In this document: positions 9,906 through 19,839 of the stretch, one piece after another
Layout of the letters: each line of letters starts with the position of its first letter
How positions within the stretch are numbered: position 1 is the first letter of the stretch
Assembly (NCBI GenBank): GCA_030602585.1
Contig: JAUVZJ010000002.1
Coordinates: forward strand, 3,262 to 67,261
Direction: 5' to 3'
From: Candidatus Methanophagales archaeon
GTDB taxonomy: Archaea > Halobacteriota > Syntropharchaeia > Alkanophagales > Methanospirareceae
Length of the DNA stretch: 64,000 bases
Position numbers and translations under genes: made by a program
The notes under the pieces: generated by a model
Seen by the model: only the letters and a program-made list of their open reading frames with translations
Databases searched by the model: none
What the model was told of the DNA's origin: nothing

Positions 9906-9913
9906 TTTATATA
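9906..9913 (+). promoter_or_regulatory. TATA box TTTATATA preceded by an A-rich BRE-like tract, about 36 nt upstream of the hdrA paralog ATG
   Basis: The context reads aaaaaatttatataagg...aggggtgaaaaggtATG. A purine-rich RBS-like GGGGTGA lies 8 nt before the ATG. Confidence 0.4.
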
Positions 9914-9948
9914 AGGATGGTGAATTAACAAAAAAGGGGTGAAAAGGT

Positions 9949-11562
9949 ATGGCAGCTGAAACTGAAACAGAGGTAGAAGTGGAGAAGAAAAAGTCGGGGA
10001 TTGGCAGGGAAGAAACGACAAGGCATGTGATGGAATCAATAAAGGGCGCGGTTGAAAATTCTTTCTTAGAGAAAATCGAGGAGAAGGAGGTGGATGTCGT
10101 TCCAGAGGCGTTAGTGATAGGTGCAGGAATAGCGGGTATGTATGCCGCATTGGATATCGCAGATGCGGGGTTCAAAGTGCATTTGGTGGAGAGAACGCCT
10201 ACTGTCGGAGGACACATGGCACAGCTTGATAAAACTTTCCCAACGCTTGATTGTTCTGCTTGTATTCTAACGCCGAGAATGGTGGACGTGGGCGGGCATC
10301 CGAACATAAATCTACTGAGTTACTCAGAGGTAGAATCGGTAGAAGGCTCGGTTGGGAATTTCAAAGTGAAGGTGAAGAAGAAACCGAGGTACGTAATTGA
10401 GGAAACATGCACCGGATGTGCTTTATGTGAGGAAGAATGCAGATTCAAATACAAATGGCCAGATGAATTTAATGTGAATCTTGGAAAAAAGAGTTCGATA
10501 TTTAGGCCGTTTCCGCAAGCAATTCCCGCTGTTTATTGTGTTGACCCTGAGTATTGTCAGATGGTAAAAAAGGGAAAGTGTGGAAAAGCAACGATTGAAA
10601 GCACCAGAGAAGCAATTAAAAAGAGGAAGAGTGGAGAAGAAGTATCCAAAGATGAAGCCCCTCCCTGTGTTCTGATATGTGAACCAAACTGTATAGATTT
10701 TGACATGAAAGAGGAGATAGTTGAACTGACCGTGGGAACGATTATAGTTGCGTCCGGTTTTGACATCATAGACCCGAAAGAGTCGCCAGAATATAAGTAT
10801 GGTGTATATCCGAACGTAATTCACGGCTTAGAATTTGAACGCTACTCTTCTGCCAGTGGTCCCACGTTAGGCAGGATATTAGTAAATGATAAGGAGCCGA
10901 AGGACGTGGTTTTCATATCTTGTGTTGGGTCGAGGAATAAGCAGACCGGGTATGAATACTGCTCTCGTGTATGCTGTATGTATTTAGCGAAACATGCACA
11001 TTTGCTTGAGGAGAAGGTTCCTGATTGCAACATAACAGTGCTATATCAAGATGTAAGGGCATTTGGGAAAGGCTATGAGGAGTTTTATTCAAGGGTGAAA
11101 GGAGAGGGCATTAGTTACCGCAGGGGACTTGCAGCCGATATATACAAAAAACCGGGCAGTGATAGGCTGGTGGTGAGGGCGGAAGATACGATGCTTGGCG
11201 AGCCTTATGAGCTCGAAGCAGACCTTGTAGTGCTTGGAGTGGGACTGAAACCGAGTGATGGCAGTGAAAAGTTATTTAAAATGCTTGGAATCACAGAAAC
11301 GGTGGACAAATTTGCAAAAGAGGCACATCCAAAGGTCAGACCGGTGGATACGGATATAGAAGGACTTTTTGTGACCGGATGTGCTCAAGGTCCAAAGGAC
11401 ATTCCAGACAGTGTAGCCCAGGGCAAAGCAGCGGCTGCTGCTTCTCTTTCTCTTTTAGCACCGGGCAAAGCGAAAATACGATCTTCAGTAGCAGAGATGG
11501 ACGAAGAAGTATGTGTAGGGTATAAGTCGTTAAGGGAAATGGCGGAAAAAATAGGAGCTTAG
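9949..11562 (+). CDS. hdrA: HdrA-like flavoprotein with FAD domain and inserted ferredoxin domain. It lacks the N-terminal Cys domain and the C-terminal 2x[4Fe-4S] domain.
   Basis: Motifs present: VIGAGIAGMYAALDIADAGFKVHLVE, DKTFPTLDCSACILTPRM, CTGCALCEEEC and ISCVGSRNK...CSRVCCMY. Confidence 0.8.
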   Translation: MAAETETEVEVEKKKSGIGREETTRHVMESIKGAVENSFLEKIEEKEVDVVPEALVIGAGIAGMYAALDIADAGFKVHLVERTPTVGGHMAQLDKTFPTLDCSACILTPRMVDVGGHPNINLLSYSEVESVEGSVGNFKVKVKKKPRYVIEETCTGCALCEEECRFKYKWPDEFNVNLGKKSSIFRPFPQAIPAVYCVDPEYCQMVKKGKCGKATIESTREAIKKRKSGEEVSKDEAPPCVLICEPNCIDFDMKEEIVELTVGTIIVASGFDIIDPKESPEYKYGVYPNVIHGLEFERYSSASGPTLGRILVNDKEPKDVVFISCVGSRNKQTGYEYCSRVCCMYLAKHAHLLEEKVPDCNITVLYQDVRAFGKGYEEFYSRVKGEGISYRRGLAADIYKKPGSDRLVVRAEDTMLGEPYELEADLVVLGVGLKPSDGSEKLFKMLGITETVDKFAKEAHPKVRPVDTDIEGLFVTGCAQGPKDIPDSVAQGKAAAAASLSLLAPGKAKIRSSVAEMDEEVCVGYKSLREMAEKIGA

Positions 11563-11581
11563 ATGAGGAGGTGAAGAACAA

Positions 11582-13771
11582 ATGGTAGAGGAAGGATATG
11601 ATTATACAAAAATCCCGATGACGGGGTCGGTAGAAGGAGTTGCGGCTGATGCGCCGGAGGAAGCACCGAGGATTGGCATTTATATATGCCATTGCGGAAT
11701 AAACATAAAGATGGTATTGAACGTAGTGGACATTATGAATTATGCGGCGATGTTGCCGAACGTTGCTCTTGTCCGGCACTATATATTTGCGTGTTCAGAC
11801 CCGGGGCAATCGCTAATAAAAGGGGACCTTAAAGCGGGTAAAGTAAACAGGGTGATAGTAGCTGCCTGTTCTCCAAGGATGCACGAGCTAACGTTCAGGA
11901 AAACTTGTAGTGGTGAAGGTCTTAATCCTTACTACTTCGAGATGGCGAATATAAGAGAGCATTGTAGCTGGCCACACGTGGATTATAAGGAAGGAGCGAT
12001 GGAGAAGGCGAAGGAATTGATAAGGAGTGCGGTTGCAAGAAGTTCATTATTAGAGCGAATTGAGGAGAAGGTGGTGGAAGTCAATCCGGAAGCATTGATA
12101 ATAGGAGCGGGCATAACCGGGATGTATGCGGCACTGGATATAGCGAATGCCGGCTATAAGGTACATTTAGTTGAGAAGAAACCTTCTATTGGTGGGCACG
12201 TGGCGCAATTGAACAAGACGTTCCCAACACTGGATACTACCGCTTCTCTTTTAACGCCGAGAATGATAGACATAGGAGCACATCCGAACGTAAATCTGAT
12301 GGCATATTCAGAGGTTGAAGATATAGAAGGCTACGTTGGTAATTACCAGGCGAAAGTGAAGAGGAAGCCGAGATACGTGGATGAAGCAAAATGCACGGGA
12401 TGTGGCTTATGTGCCGAGGCATGCCCGGTGAAAGATATATCAAATGAATTCGACGAGGGGTTGAGTAAGAGAAGTGCCATTTACATACCTTTCCCGTTTG
12501 CAGTTCCACCTGTTTATACGGTTGACGCAGAACATTGCTCGCTGCTAAAAGAGGGTAAATGCGGTAATGCGACACTTGAGGGTGTTAAAGAAGGTAAAGA
12601 AGTTCCACCTTGTATGGCGGCATGCAGTCCGGGAGCGATAGATTTCGGGCAAATAGAGGAGACAGACGAGTTGACCGTGGGCACAATTATAGTTGCAACC
12701 GGTTATGACATCGTGGACCCGACAGTGTCGGCAGAATACAAGTATGGTGTATATCCAAATGTAATTACAGGATTAGAGTTTGAGAGGTTGTCATCACCGA
12801 GTGGTCCTACGGGTGGAAAGATAGAGATAAACGGAAAAGAGCCGAAGGACGTTGTTTTTATAAGTTGTGTCGGGTCGAGGAATACGCAAGTGGGTAATGA
12901 ATACTGCTCTCGTGTATGCTGTATGTATATAGCGAAACAGGCGCATTTAGTAAAGGATAAACTGCCGGACGCAAACGTAACAGTGTGCTATCAAGATGTG
13001 AGAGCGTTTGGTAAAGGCTTCGAGGAGTTTTACGGTGATACGAAGAAGGAGGGCGTTTTCTATTTACGAGGACTTCCGGGAGAGATATACAAAAAACCGG
13101 GCAGTGATAGAGTGGTAGTGCGTGGCGAGAATACACTGCTCGGGGAGCCGTATGAGAAAGAAGCGGACCTTGTGGTGCTTGGCGTGGGAATGAAACCCAA
13201 CGAGGGCGTGTGGGACATAGTAAATATGCTGAAACTATCACAATCTCCAGATCAGTTCTTATTAGAAGCACATCTCAAGCTCAGACCAGTTGACACGGCA
13301 ACAGATGGCGTATATATTGCGGGATGCTGTGCAGGTCCAAAGGATATACCAGAAAGTATATATCAGGGAAAAGCAGCGGCTTCTGGTTCTCTCGTCTATT
13401 TAGTTTTGAGGAAGGCAAAATTGGAGCCTACAATATCAGAGATAAACGCGGAAGTTTGCATTGGATGCCGGTGTTGCGAACAGGTATGTCCTTATGGTGC
13501 GCTTGTGTTTGACGAGGAGATAAGAGTAATGACGGTAAACGAAGCGGTTTGCAAGGGCTGTGGCGGTTGTAATTCGATATGCCCTTCGGGAGCAGCGACA
13601 ATGAAGCATTTCCGCGACAGACAGGTATATGCGCAGATAGAGGCGTTGACGCAGATAGGAATGCCGATGGTTGAGATTGCGGGGGCTGAAGCAGTAGCAG
13701 AAGCATCCGCAGGCACAGAAACAGAAACAGGTGAAGCAGAGAGTGCAGAAGTGGAGCAGAGTGCGGAGTGA
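11582..13771 (+). CDS. hdrA: Heterodisulfide reductase subunit A, full architecture (N-terminal Cys domain, FAD domain, inserted ferredoxin, C-terminal 2x[4Fe-4S])
   Basis: Motifs present: IGIYICHCGINI, IIGAGITGMYAALDIANAGYKVHLVE, CTGCGLCAEACP, CVGSRN..CSRVCCMY, CIGCRCCEQVCP and CKGCGGCNSICP. The usual TLDCSxC motif reads TLDTTAS here. Confidence 0.85.
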   Translation: MVEEGYDYTKIPMTGSVEGVAADAPEEAPRIGIYICHCGINIKMVLNVVDIMNYAAMLPNVALVRHYIFACSDPGQSLIKGDLKAGKVNRVIVAACSPRMHELTFRKTCSGEGLNPYYFEMANIREHCSWPHVDYKEGAMEKAKELIRSAVARSSLLERIEEKVVEVNPEALIIGAGITGMYAALDIANAGYKVHLVEKKPSIGGHVAQLNKTFPTLDTTASLLTPRMIDIGAHPNVNLMAYSEVEDIEGYVGNYQAKVKRKPRYVDEAKCTGCGLCAEACPVKDISNEFDEGLSKRSAIYIPFPFAVPPVYTVDAEHCSLLKEGKCGNATLEGVKEGKEVPPCMAACSPGAIDFGQIEETDELTVGTIIVATGYDIVDPTVSAEYKYGVYPNVITGLEFERLSSPSGPTGGKIEINGKEPKDVVFISCVGSRNTQVGNEYCSRVCCMYIAKQAHLVKDKLPDANVTVCYQDVRAFGKGFEEFYGDTKKEGVFYLRGLPGEIYKKPGSDRVVVRGENTLLGEPYEKEADLVVLGVGMKPNEGVWDIVNMLKLSQSPDQFLLEAHLKLRPVDTATDGVYIAGCCAGPKDIPESIYQGKAAASGSLVYLVLRKAKLEPTISEINAEVCIGCRCCEQVCPYGALVFDEEIRVMTVNEAVCKGCGGCNSICPSGAATMKHFRDRQVYAQIEALTQIGMPMVEIAGAEAVAEASAGTETETGEAESAEVEQSAE

Positions 13772-13790
13772 ACTAAAATTCACTCCACTT

Positions 13791-15521
13791 TTATTCTGCT
13801 TTTAACTCCACAATCTTCATTTTTTCCACATCCACCAACCCTCTATCCGTTATCTTTAACTTCGGTATCACCGATAAAGCGATAAAAGACATTGTAATAA
13901 AAGGAGCTCGCAATTTACAACCCATCACTGAAATTTTCTCTTCCATCTCTTTTTGTTTTTTTAACACATAATCCAGCCCTTTATCGGTCATTAGCCCCGC
14001 AATAGGCAGTTCCAACTCGCTCTTCACCTCGCATCCGCTGCACAGAACAATTCCACCACCTATTTCTCTTAAGCGGTTGCAAGCGAAAGTCATGTCTTTT
14101 TCGTTTGTTCCTATAACAACAATATTATGAGAGTCGTGAGCGATAGAGGAAGCGACAGCACCTGTTTTCAATCCAAACCCTTTTACGAAACCCAAGCCCG
14201 TATTACCGGAGCTATGATGCCTTTCGACAACGCCAATTTTTAATATATCACGAGCTATGTCCATACCGCTTATCTCCTCTATAATCTCCTCAGTCAGGAG
14301 TTCGCCTTCTATCAAACCAATTATTCTCACCTTTGTCGCTCTTTCCAGCTTTATCTCAAAATCATCAGGTTTTACTTGCCTTATCCTTACACTTTCGCCG
14401 TATTCCGGATAATTATGCTTATAGTTATATTCGGTGCGAGGAGCAAAATCAGTCAAAATCTTTCCATTCACTATCACTTTCTCCACTTCAAAATTCTCCA
14501 AATTTTTTAACAGCACGATGTCAGCGATTTTACCGGGTGAAATGCATCCCAAAAAATCGTCGAGTTTGAACCATTGCGAAGGATTTATCGTGCACATCTG
14601 CACTGCTTTTACAGCGTCTATACCTTCTTCAATGGCTCTTCTCAAAACAAAGTCTAAATAACCTTCTTCCTTTAAATCGCGCGGTGTTCGGTCGCCGTCT
14701 GTGACGAGCATGCAATTCCTTGTATCTACGGATTTCAACAAAGGAGCGATATTTTTCAAGTTCTTTGCCACTGAACCTTCTCTTACCATTAGATGCATAC
14801 CCAGCCGGAGCTTTTCCTGCGCTTCCTCATACGAGACATTCTCGTGGTCCGAGCCGACGCCGCTTAAGACATAAGCGTTTAGCTCTTTACCGTTGAGTAG
14901 AGGAGCATGCCCATCTATTGGATATTTTAACTTCTTCGCAAGCTCTATTTTCTTCCATACCTCCTCCTCTTTCGTTATGACACCACCGTAATTCATTACC
15001 TCTGCCAGGCCTATGACGTCCTCTATATGCAGCAGTTCCTCTATTTCTTCCTGCCCTATACTCGCACCCGGGGTCTCAAGTCCGAGAGAAGGGTCGGTAG
15101 AAGGCACGCAAGAAGGCGCCATGCAAAATACTTTTAGCGGTGTTGCTTTTGCTTCTTCTAAAATCGCTCTTATTCCCTCGACTCCTAAGACATTGGCTAT
15201 CTCATGCGGGTCCGCCACCACCGCAGTCGTCCCACGAGGCACTACCGCATTTGCAAACTCGCTTACCGAAAGCATGCTCATTTCTATGTGCGTATGTCCG
15301 TCTATCAATCCCGGAACTGCATAATTATCCTTCGCTTCTATTTCCTTCCTACCATCGTATCTTCCTAATCCCACGATTAAACCACGAGCAATTGCAACAT
15401 CAGTTTCGTATATCTCGCCACTGCATACGTTCACGAGATTTGCGTTTTTTAGCACCAAGTCCGATTTTTGTTTGCCTGAAGCGATGTCAAGCAAATTTTT
15501 TGTTTTCATTTTCACGTACAA
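13791..15521 (-). CDS. ade: Adenine deaminase
   Basis: 576 aa. The metal-dependent amidohydrolase motif PGLIDGHTHIEMS is present, and the domain layout is as in Ade. Confidence 0.8.
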   Translation of the reverse strand: MYVKMKTKNLLDIASGKQKSDLVLKNANLVNVCSGEIYETDVAIARGLIVGLGRYDGRKEIEAKDNYAVPGLIDGHTHIEMSMLSVSEFANAVVPRGTTAVVADPHEIANVLGVEGIRAILEEAKATPLKVFCMAPSCVPSTDPSLGLETPGASIGQEEIEELLHIEDVIGLAEVMNYGGVITKEEEVWKKIELAKKLKYPIDGHAPLLNGKELNAYVLSGVGSDHENVSYEEAQEKLRLGMHLMVREGSVAKNLKNIAPLLKSVDTRNCMLVTDGDRTPRDLKEEGYLDFVLRRAIEEGIDAVKAVQMCTINPSQWFKLDDFLGCISPGKIADIVLLKNLENFEVEKVIVNGKILTDFAPRTEYNYKHNYPEYGESVRIRQVKPDDFEIKLERATKVRIIGLIEGELLTEEIIEEISGMDIARDILKIGVVERHHSSGNTGLGFVKGFGLKTGAVASSIAHDSHNIVVIGTNEKDMTFACNRLREIGGGIVLCSGCEVKSELELPIAGLMTDKGLDYVLKKQKEMEEKISVMGCKLRAPFITMSFIALSVIPKLKITDRGLVDVEKMKIVELKAE

Positions 15522-15568
15522 ACAAAAACTGTGAGAAGCGATAGAAAAATATTAATCTTTCATCAAAC

Positions 15569-15618
15569 TTTCTTCTAAAGAAAATTTCTTTGGTAAAGCT
15601 TTCTTTTCTAAAGAAAGG
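15569..15618. repeat. Instance of the recurrent A/T-rich palindromic intergenic motif (ttcttctaaagaaaa..ctttggtaaagctttcttttctaaagaaagg)
   Basis: It shares TTTTCTAAAGAAA and TTGGTAAAGCTTT cores with the sites near 41150, 42235, 46175, 48532, 16858 and 59867. Confidence 0.45.
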
Positions 15619-15647
15619 TTTGTGAAAATCTGTGTAATCTGTGGTTA

Positions 15648-16625
15648 TTATGTTTTAGAAGAATTCTGAACAACATGAACACCAACAATCATCGGATACG
15701 CCCCATATTCCAGCCTATCAACACTATAATCCGTATAAGTAAGCCCAATAGCGAGGTAAATATCGTTCTTCCCCAAATACCTGAGCATTCTCAGCCCATA
15801 AGTCCAACGATGCTTCTTTTTCAAATCGTTCCATGTTTTGTAGAAGGCATTGCACCTGCATGACCATCTTCGGTATATCCTGCCTGAGGTATCTTTGAAG
15901 TTAAAACGAATATATTGCTCGTAGCCTTTTCCTTTCTCCGTTTTCTTCGTCGCCCTCTCTTCATACACGTGCAAAATGCGTGGCTTTATCAACCCCAAAC
16001 TCCTGCCACTTTTAAACACTGCATCCACCGAAGCATCAACAGTACTTTCCAGGAATTCTCTTTTCTCTTCAACTTTCAATTCCCTTTCCACGCCTTCGCC
16101 GTAAACAAAAAACCTGTCCTCCTTCCTTGGACGCATGCCTCGCCACGCATCAACGTATATATTGGATACAGAAAGGTTTTTGAATTTTGGCATACCCGCG
16201 GTAAAAATATCGGTTTCATAAACGCCTTGCGGTCTTATCCAGTCCCCGTTTTCGTCTATGCCTGCGATGCAGACCTGCCCCTTCTCAGGTCTTGCAACTG
16301 CCAATACGGTAAGATTTAAGAAGTTTGCTCGACTTAACGCAGCGATATTCGCAGTAATTTTGGTTATTCTTGTGTATTTACCGGCATTTGCTCTTTTCTC
16401 AACTCCTGCTCGAGCTTCGGAGACATAAGCGTTCTCTATTCTCAGCATGTCGCCTGCTTTTATATCGCCACGAAGCAGAAGCTCTGCTTTATCATCCCAG
16501 AAGGAAACCCTTTTGTAATCGAATTCATCTGCTATTATGATGCCAGCAACTTTTTTAGCTTCATCACTAACTTTGACTTCTTTAGCGGGTAGAATTCGGA
16601 GCACTTTACCTGTTATGTTTACCAT
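15648..16625 (-). CDS. Hypothetical protein with an N-terminal RPA-like OB-fold
   Basis: Residues 1 to about 85 (ITGKVLRI...GIIIADEFDYKRVSFWDDKA..L..GDMLRIENAYV) follow the RPA/SSB OB-fold pattern. The remaining roughly 240 aa are unrecognised. Confidence 0.45.
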   Translation of the reverse strand: MVNITGKVLRILPAKEVKVSDEAKKVAGIIIADEFDYKRVSFWDDKAELLLRGDIKAGDMLRIENAYVSEARAGVEKRANAGKYTRITKITANIAALSRANFLNLTVLAVARPEKGQVCIAGIDENGDWIRPQGVYETDIFTAGMPKFKNLSVSNIYVDAWRGMRPRKEDRFFVYGEGVERELKVEEKREFLESTVDASVDAVFKSGRSLGLIKPRILHVYEERATKKTEKGKGYEQYIRFNFKDTSGRIYRRWSCRCNAFYKTWNDLKKKHRWTYGLRMLRYLGKNDIYLAIGLTYTDYSVDRLEYGAYPMIVGVHVVQNSSKT

Positions 16626-16898
16626 TGCTGAAACAACTGTTTTTAAGTGATTGATATGATTGATATTATAAAGATTTAAAACAAAATATGATAGACAAGA
16701 TGGATGAAGTCCTCAACAAATGTAGCACAGTAAAAATTCCAAGTTAAAAAAGTGGAAATAGAATCAGAGGAGTTTTAGAAGGATATGAAATGGGGAGAAG
16801 GGAACTATTCAGATTTGATGAGGAAATATTCTGAGAAATGTGTTGCAATTGTTGATACATTTTCTTAGAAAGAAAAGCTTTTCCGAACAACTTTTTAT

Positions 16899-17165
16899 AT
16901 GAAAAGGTCAAAATCAATAGTAGTGAAAGAAAAGATGGAAAAGAGAATAAAGGCAAAGTTCTTGGAAGGTATTTTTAAGCCCTTAGAAAAGGTGGAACTC
17001 GAAGAGGGGAAAGAAGTTATCGTGACAATAAAAGAGGTTCCTAAAGAAACAAAGGATGCTTTTGAGAAAGCAGCCGGGAGCTGGAAGGGTTTGGTTGATA
17101 CAGAGCGGTTAATCAAAGACATTTACGAGAGTCGAAGAATTAGAGCTCCTGAGGTTAAATTATGA
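16899..17165 (+). CDS. vapB: Type II antitoxin (archaeal AF2212/DUF104-like VapB-type)
   Basis: An 88-aa basic protein (KAKFLEGIFKPLEKVELEEGKEVIVTIKEV). Its stop overlaps the start of the PIN gene in an ATGA pattern. Confidence 0.55.
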   Translation: MKRSKSIVVKEKMEKRIKAKFLEGIFKPLEKVELEEGKEVIVTIKEVPKETKDAFEKAAGSWKGLVDTERLIKDIYESRRIRAPEVKL

Positions 17166-17545
17166 AATATCTCCTTGATACAAGCTGGGTTATTCATTAT
17201 CTACGAGGAGAGGAAAGAGTTGTAAAGAAACTTCTTTCATTAAGAGAAGAAGGATTAGCAGCGAGTATGATCACCCTGGCTGAATTATATGAAGGCGTTT
17301 TCAGGTCTATTAATCCTGTTTTAGCTGAAGAATCACTAAAAGATTTCTTGACGGGAATTTCAATTCTGGGGATGGATGAAGAAGTATGCAAGATTTTTGG
17401 AAGAGAAAGAGCGAGATTGAGAAAGTTAGGAAAACCAATTGGTGATCTTGACCTTCTAATTGCTTCAACCTGTCTTCGTTACGATCTAACACTTCTCACT
17501 GATGACACAAGAGAGTTTGAGAGGGTGGAGAATTTAAAAATTTAA
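17162..17545 (+). CDS. vapC: PIN-domain ribonuclease toxin
   Basis: 127 aa. The N-terminal LLDTSWVIHYL (the first Asp) and the later acidic residues (ITLAELYEG; DLDLLIAS; LLTDD) fit the PIN fold. Confidence 0.8.
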   Translation: MKYLLDTSWVIHYLRGEERVVKKLLSLREEGLAASMITLAELYEGVFRSINPVLAEESLKDFLTGISILGMDEEVCKIFGRERARLRKLGKPIGDLDLLIASTCLRYDLTLLTDDTREFERVENLKI

Positions 17546-17679
17546 GTGAGTGTATCAGTGCAAACTTCCGGTAGATATAGGAGTTGTTCCGATATAAGTT
17601 CCAAGATGTGAACTTAACAAGTCATTTAGGGGGGTAATATGCCATTCCATAATTTTTTATTTTTGCTATATTTATTTGA

Positions 17680-18246
17680 GTGACAAATCAGAATAAAAAT
17701 ACCATGTCCGATGAAGAATACACAAAACTGGAATATTGTATCAAGTATAAAAGTAGTGAGATAAGCAATGAAGATGTTATTCCACTTGTTAAACAGACAA
17801 TTGAAGAGGCAAAAAAGAAAAATCCTGAGAAGGCAAAAGCTCTCGATAACATAGAAATAACAAAAGGGCCGAGTGCTCATATGTTTGATGTGGACTTCGA
17901 CACAATTCTGATAATCGTAGTTGTTCTTAAAGTCTCGCATAGCATATTAAAACCCATAATACTCGAAACATGGCATGAGATAGTGATTCCACTATTGAAA
18001 AGAAAACTGAATATAGAAACGCATGAAGACAATTTAAAAAAGATGGAAGAAAAAATGGAAGAGCCAAAAAAAGAAATAACAAAAGAAATAGCAGATGAGT
18101 TTGACGAAGAAAAAAGAAAAGAAATAGCAGATGAGCTTGACGAAATATTAAAACAAACAATAAAAGATGAATCATTAAGCAAAGATGTCAGAAAATTAGC
18201 AAACGAGATGTTGAATGCAAGTCCTATGAAAAAAGAAAAAACTTAA
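17680..18246 (+). CDS. Hypothetical K/E-rich protein with one hydrophobic segment. A start at the internal Met (MSDEEY) is possible.
   Basis: This is the only long ORF in the AT-rich patch upstream of the HEPN gene. Its C-terminus is low-complexity (EIADEFDEEKRKEIADELDE). Confidence 0.3.
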   Translation: MTNQNKNTMSDEEYTKLEYCIKYKSSEISNEDVIPLVKQTIEEAKKKNPEKAKALDNIEITKGPSAHMFDVDFDTILIIVVVLKVSHSILKPIILETWHEIVIPLLKRKLNIETHEDNLKKMEEKMEEPKKEITKEIADEFDEEKRKEIADELDEILKQTIKDESLSKDVRKLANEMLNASPMKKEKT

Positions 18247-18324
18247 GGTAGAATGTGCAATTGCATTGCACATAAATATTTTCGTTTCTATTATATCAAT
18301 TTCTAATACAGGTTATCGGTTGCC

Positions 18325-18450
18325 ATGACTAACAAATCAATAAAGTGTAAACTGATTGGCATATTAGTAGTTGTGCTATTGGTAGGTTTAATTCTTATGA
18401 TTCCCGTGAATACAATAGAATTTGAAAGTACTTATCAAATTCCAGTGTAA
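18325..18450 (+). CDS. Possible 41-aa single-TM peptide (MTNKSIKCKLIGILVVVLLVGLILMIPVNTIEFESTYQIPV)
   Basis: A short ORF below the 60-aa track cutoff. It has a basic N-terminus and a hydrophobic core. This is speculative. Confidence 0.15.
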   Translation: MTNKSIKCKLIGILVVVLLVGLILMIPVNTIEFESTYQIPV

Positions 18451-18558
18451 TAGAAAAGGAGAAAACTTAGGTTGTTATTTCTCAGACATTTCAATTATGT
18501 AAAACCGAAGATAGATGAAGAATCTCCGCCATTATACACTTATGAGCGATGATTTTTC

Positions 18559-19422
18559 TTAGATTTCGAATAAAATATTCTCCATTTTAGATAGAGTTTT
18601 CTCCATTATTTCAACCAAGTCGTCAAATAACTGTATCAAAGGCTGATTTTTGTTATAAATTTTGAGTGGATCGTGGTTATTATCAGGGTATCTTGTAACA
18701 GTAGCATGAGGAAGCATTATAAAAGAAAGACAATACAAAGAGTAACTAACATACATGCCATTTAAAATTGATTGAATTTCCCTAATCACTTCTTCCCTAC
18801 TCTGCTCTACTAAATTTAAAGTAAGTATTCCTACATCATTTTTCGATTTCTCGAATTTTGGTGGATTGAAACGATGCAAAACATCATAAAGTTCGATATA
18901 AGACTCTTTCTTTTCGATAAAATCTTTCTCTGAAATTTTTATATCCTTTGGATGCACTTTCTGCAATTCTAAGTTGTTCAATTTGCTTATTATTGATCTG
19001 ATTTCGCCTTCTTGAATAAAAAGAATTTCTTCAATTAATTTTTTGTATGCTGCCTCCTCCTCTAAAAATTCAAACACATCCAATAAATTAACTACCCCTT
19101 TGTAATAATTTCCAACATCAAAATCCTTCATGAGTTTAGTCTCTTTTACTTCGGGAACTTTTTTAATTATTGCAATTACCTTTTCTAATTCTTCCCTTTG
19201 TTTTTTAATTGATTTTATGTATATTTTCAAGGGATTATGGAGAGCCTTTTTCGCCTCCCCCTCTTTTATTATTCCAATCACTATAGCCCAAGATTTGTTT
19301 GCCTTCTCAACGCTTTGCTGCAAGTAAAAAACCGCCTGAGGATAGAATTCCTTCTCATACAAACACTTTGCAGCTTCCAAATCCTTTCTTGCTATTTTAA
19401 AAAGGGCTTCAGAAATTTTCAT
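18559..19422 (-). CDS. HEPN-domain protein with a large internal insertion (287 aa)
   Basis: The N-terminus (ARKDLEAAKCLYEKEFYPQAVFYLQQSVEKANKSW) matches the HEPN helix-1/2 consensus. A canonical Rx4-6H motif in RYP context (HATVTRYPDNNHD) lies near residue 240. Confidence 0.5.
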   Translation of the reverse strand: MKISEALFKIARKDLEAAKCLYEKEFYPQAVFYLQQSVEKANKSWAIVIGIIKEGEAKKALHNPLKIYIKSIKKQREELEKVIAIIKKVPEVKETKLMKDFDVGNYYKGVVNLLDVFEFLEEEAAYKKLIEEILFIQEGEIRSIISKLNNLELQKVHPKDIKISEKDFIEKKESYIELYDVLHRFNPPKFEKSKNDVGILTLNLVEQSREEVIREIQSILNGMYVSYSLYCLSFIMLPHATVTRYPDNNHDPLKIYNKNQPLIQLFDDLVEIMEKTLSKMENILFEI

Positions 19423-19839
19423 AGCTCAACCCGTTATTTATGTTAGTTCTTTTAGCTTCCTCTTCTATAAATTTTTTCCTGATCACTGATAAAAATATTC
19501 GAGAGGTTCCTACTGTTGAGATTATTTATATCTGGAAGGGCTCATCACAACTTGAATAAGATATTTTGCGAAATTAGATGCTTATTTTCCGATATAAAGC
19601 CATATTTGGGCTTCTTTTCGTTAAGATTTTGAATTGTGGAACAGCCTCTTAACATACGGAGCCTATGTATATAAAGTTTGCTGGTATTCTTGCTAGAATA
19701 ATAAATATGTCATTTATATCTAATGCTTTTAGTAAGAATGAACAAAAAGCAAGGGTTGTAGGCAAATATCGAAAAATTTATAAGGATTGGATAGCAGAGA
19801 TAAAATTAGCATAAATGAAATTGGAAGGAGGCGATAATA

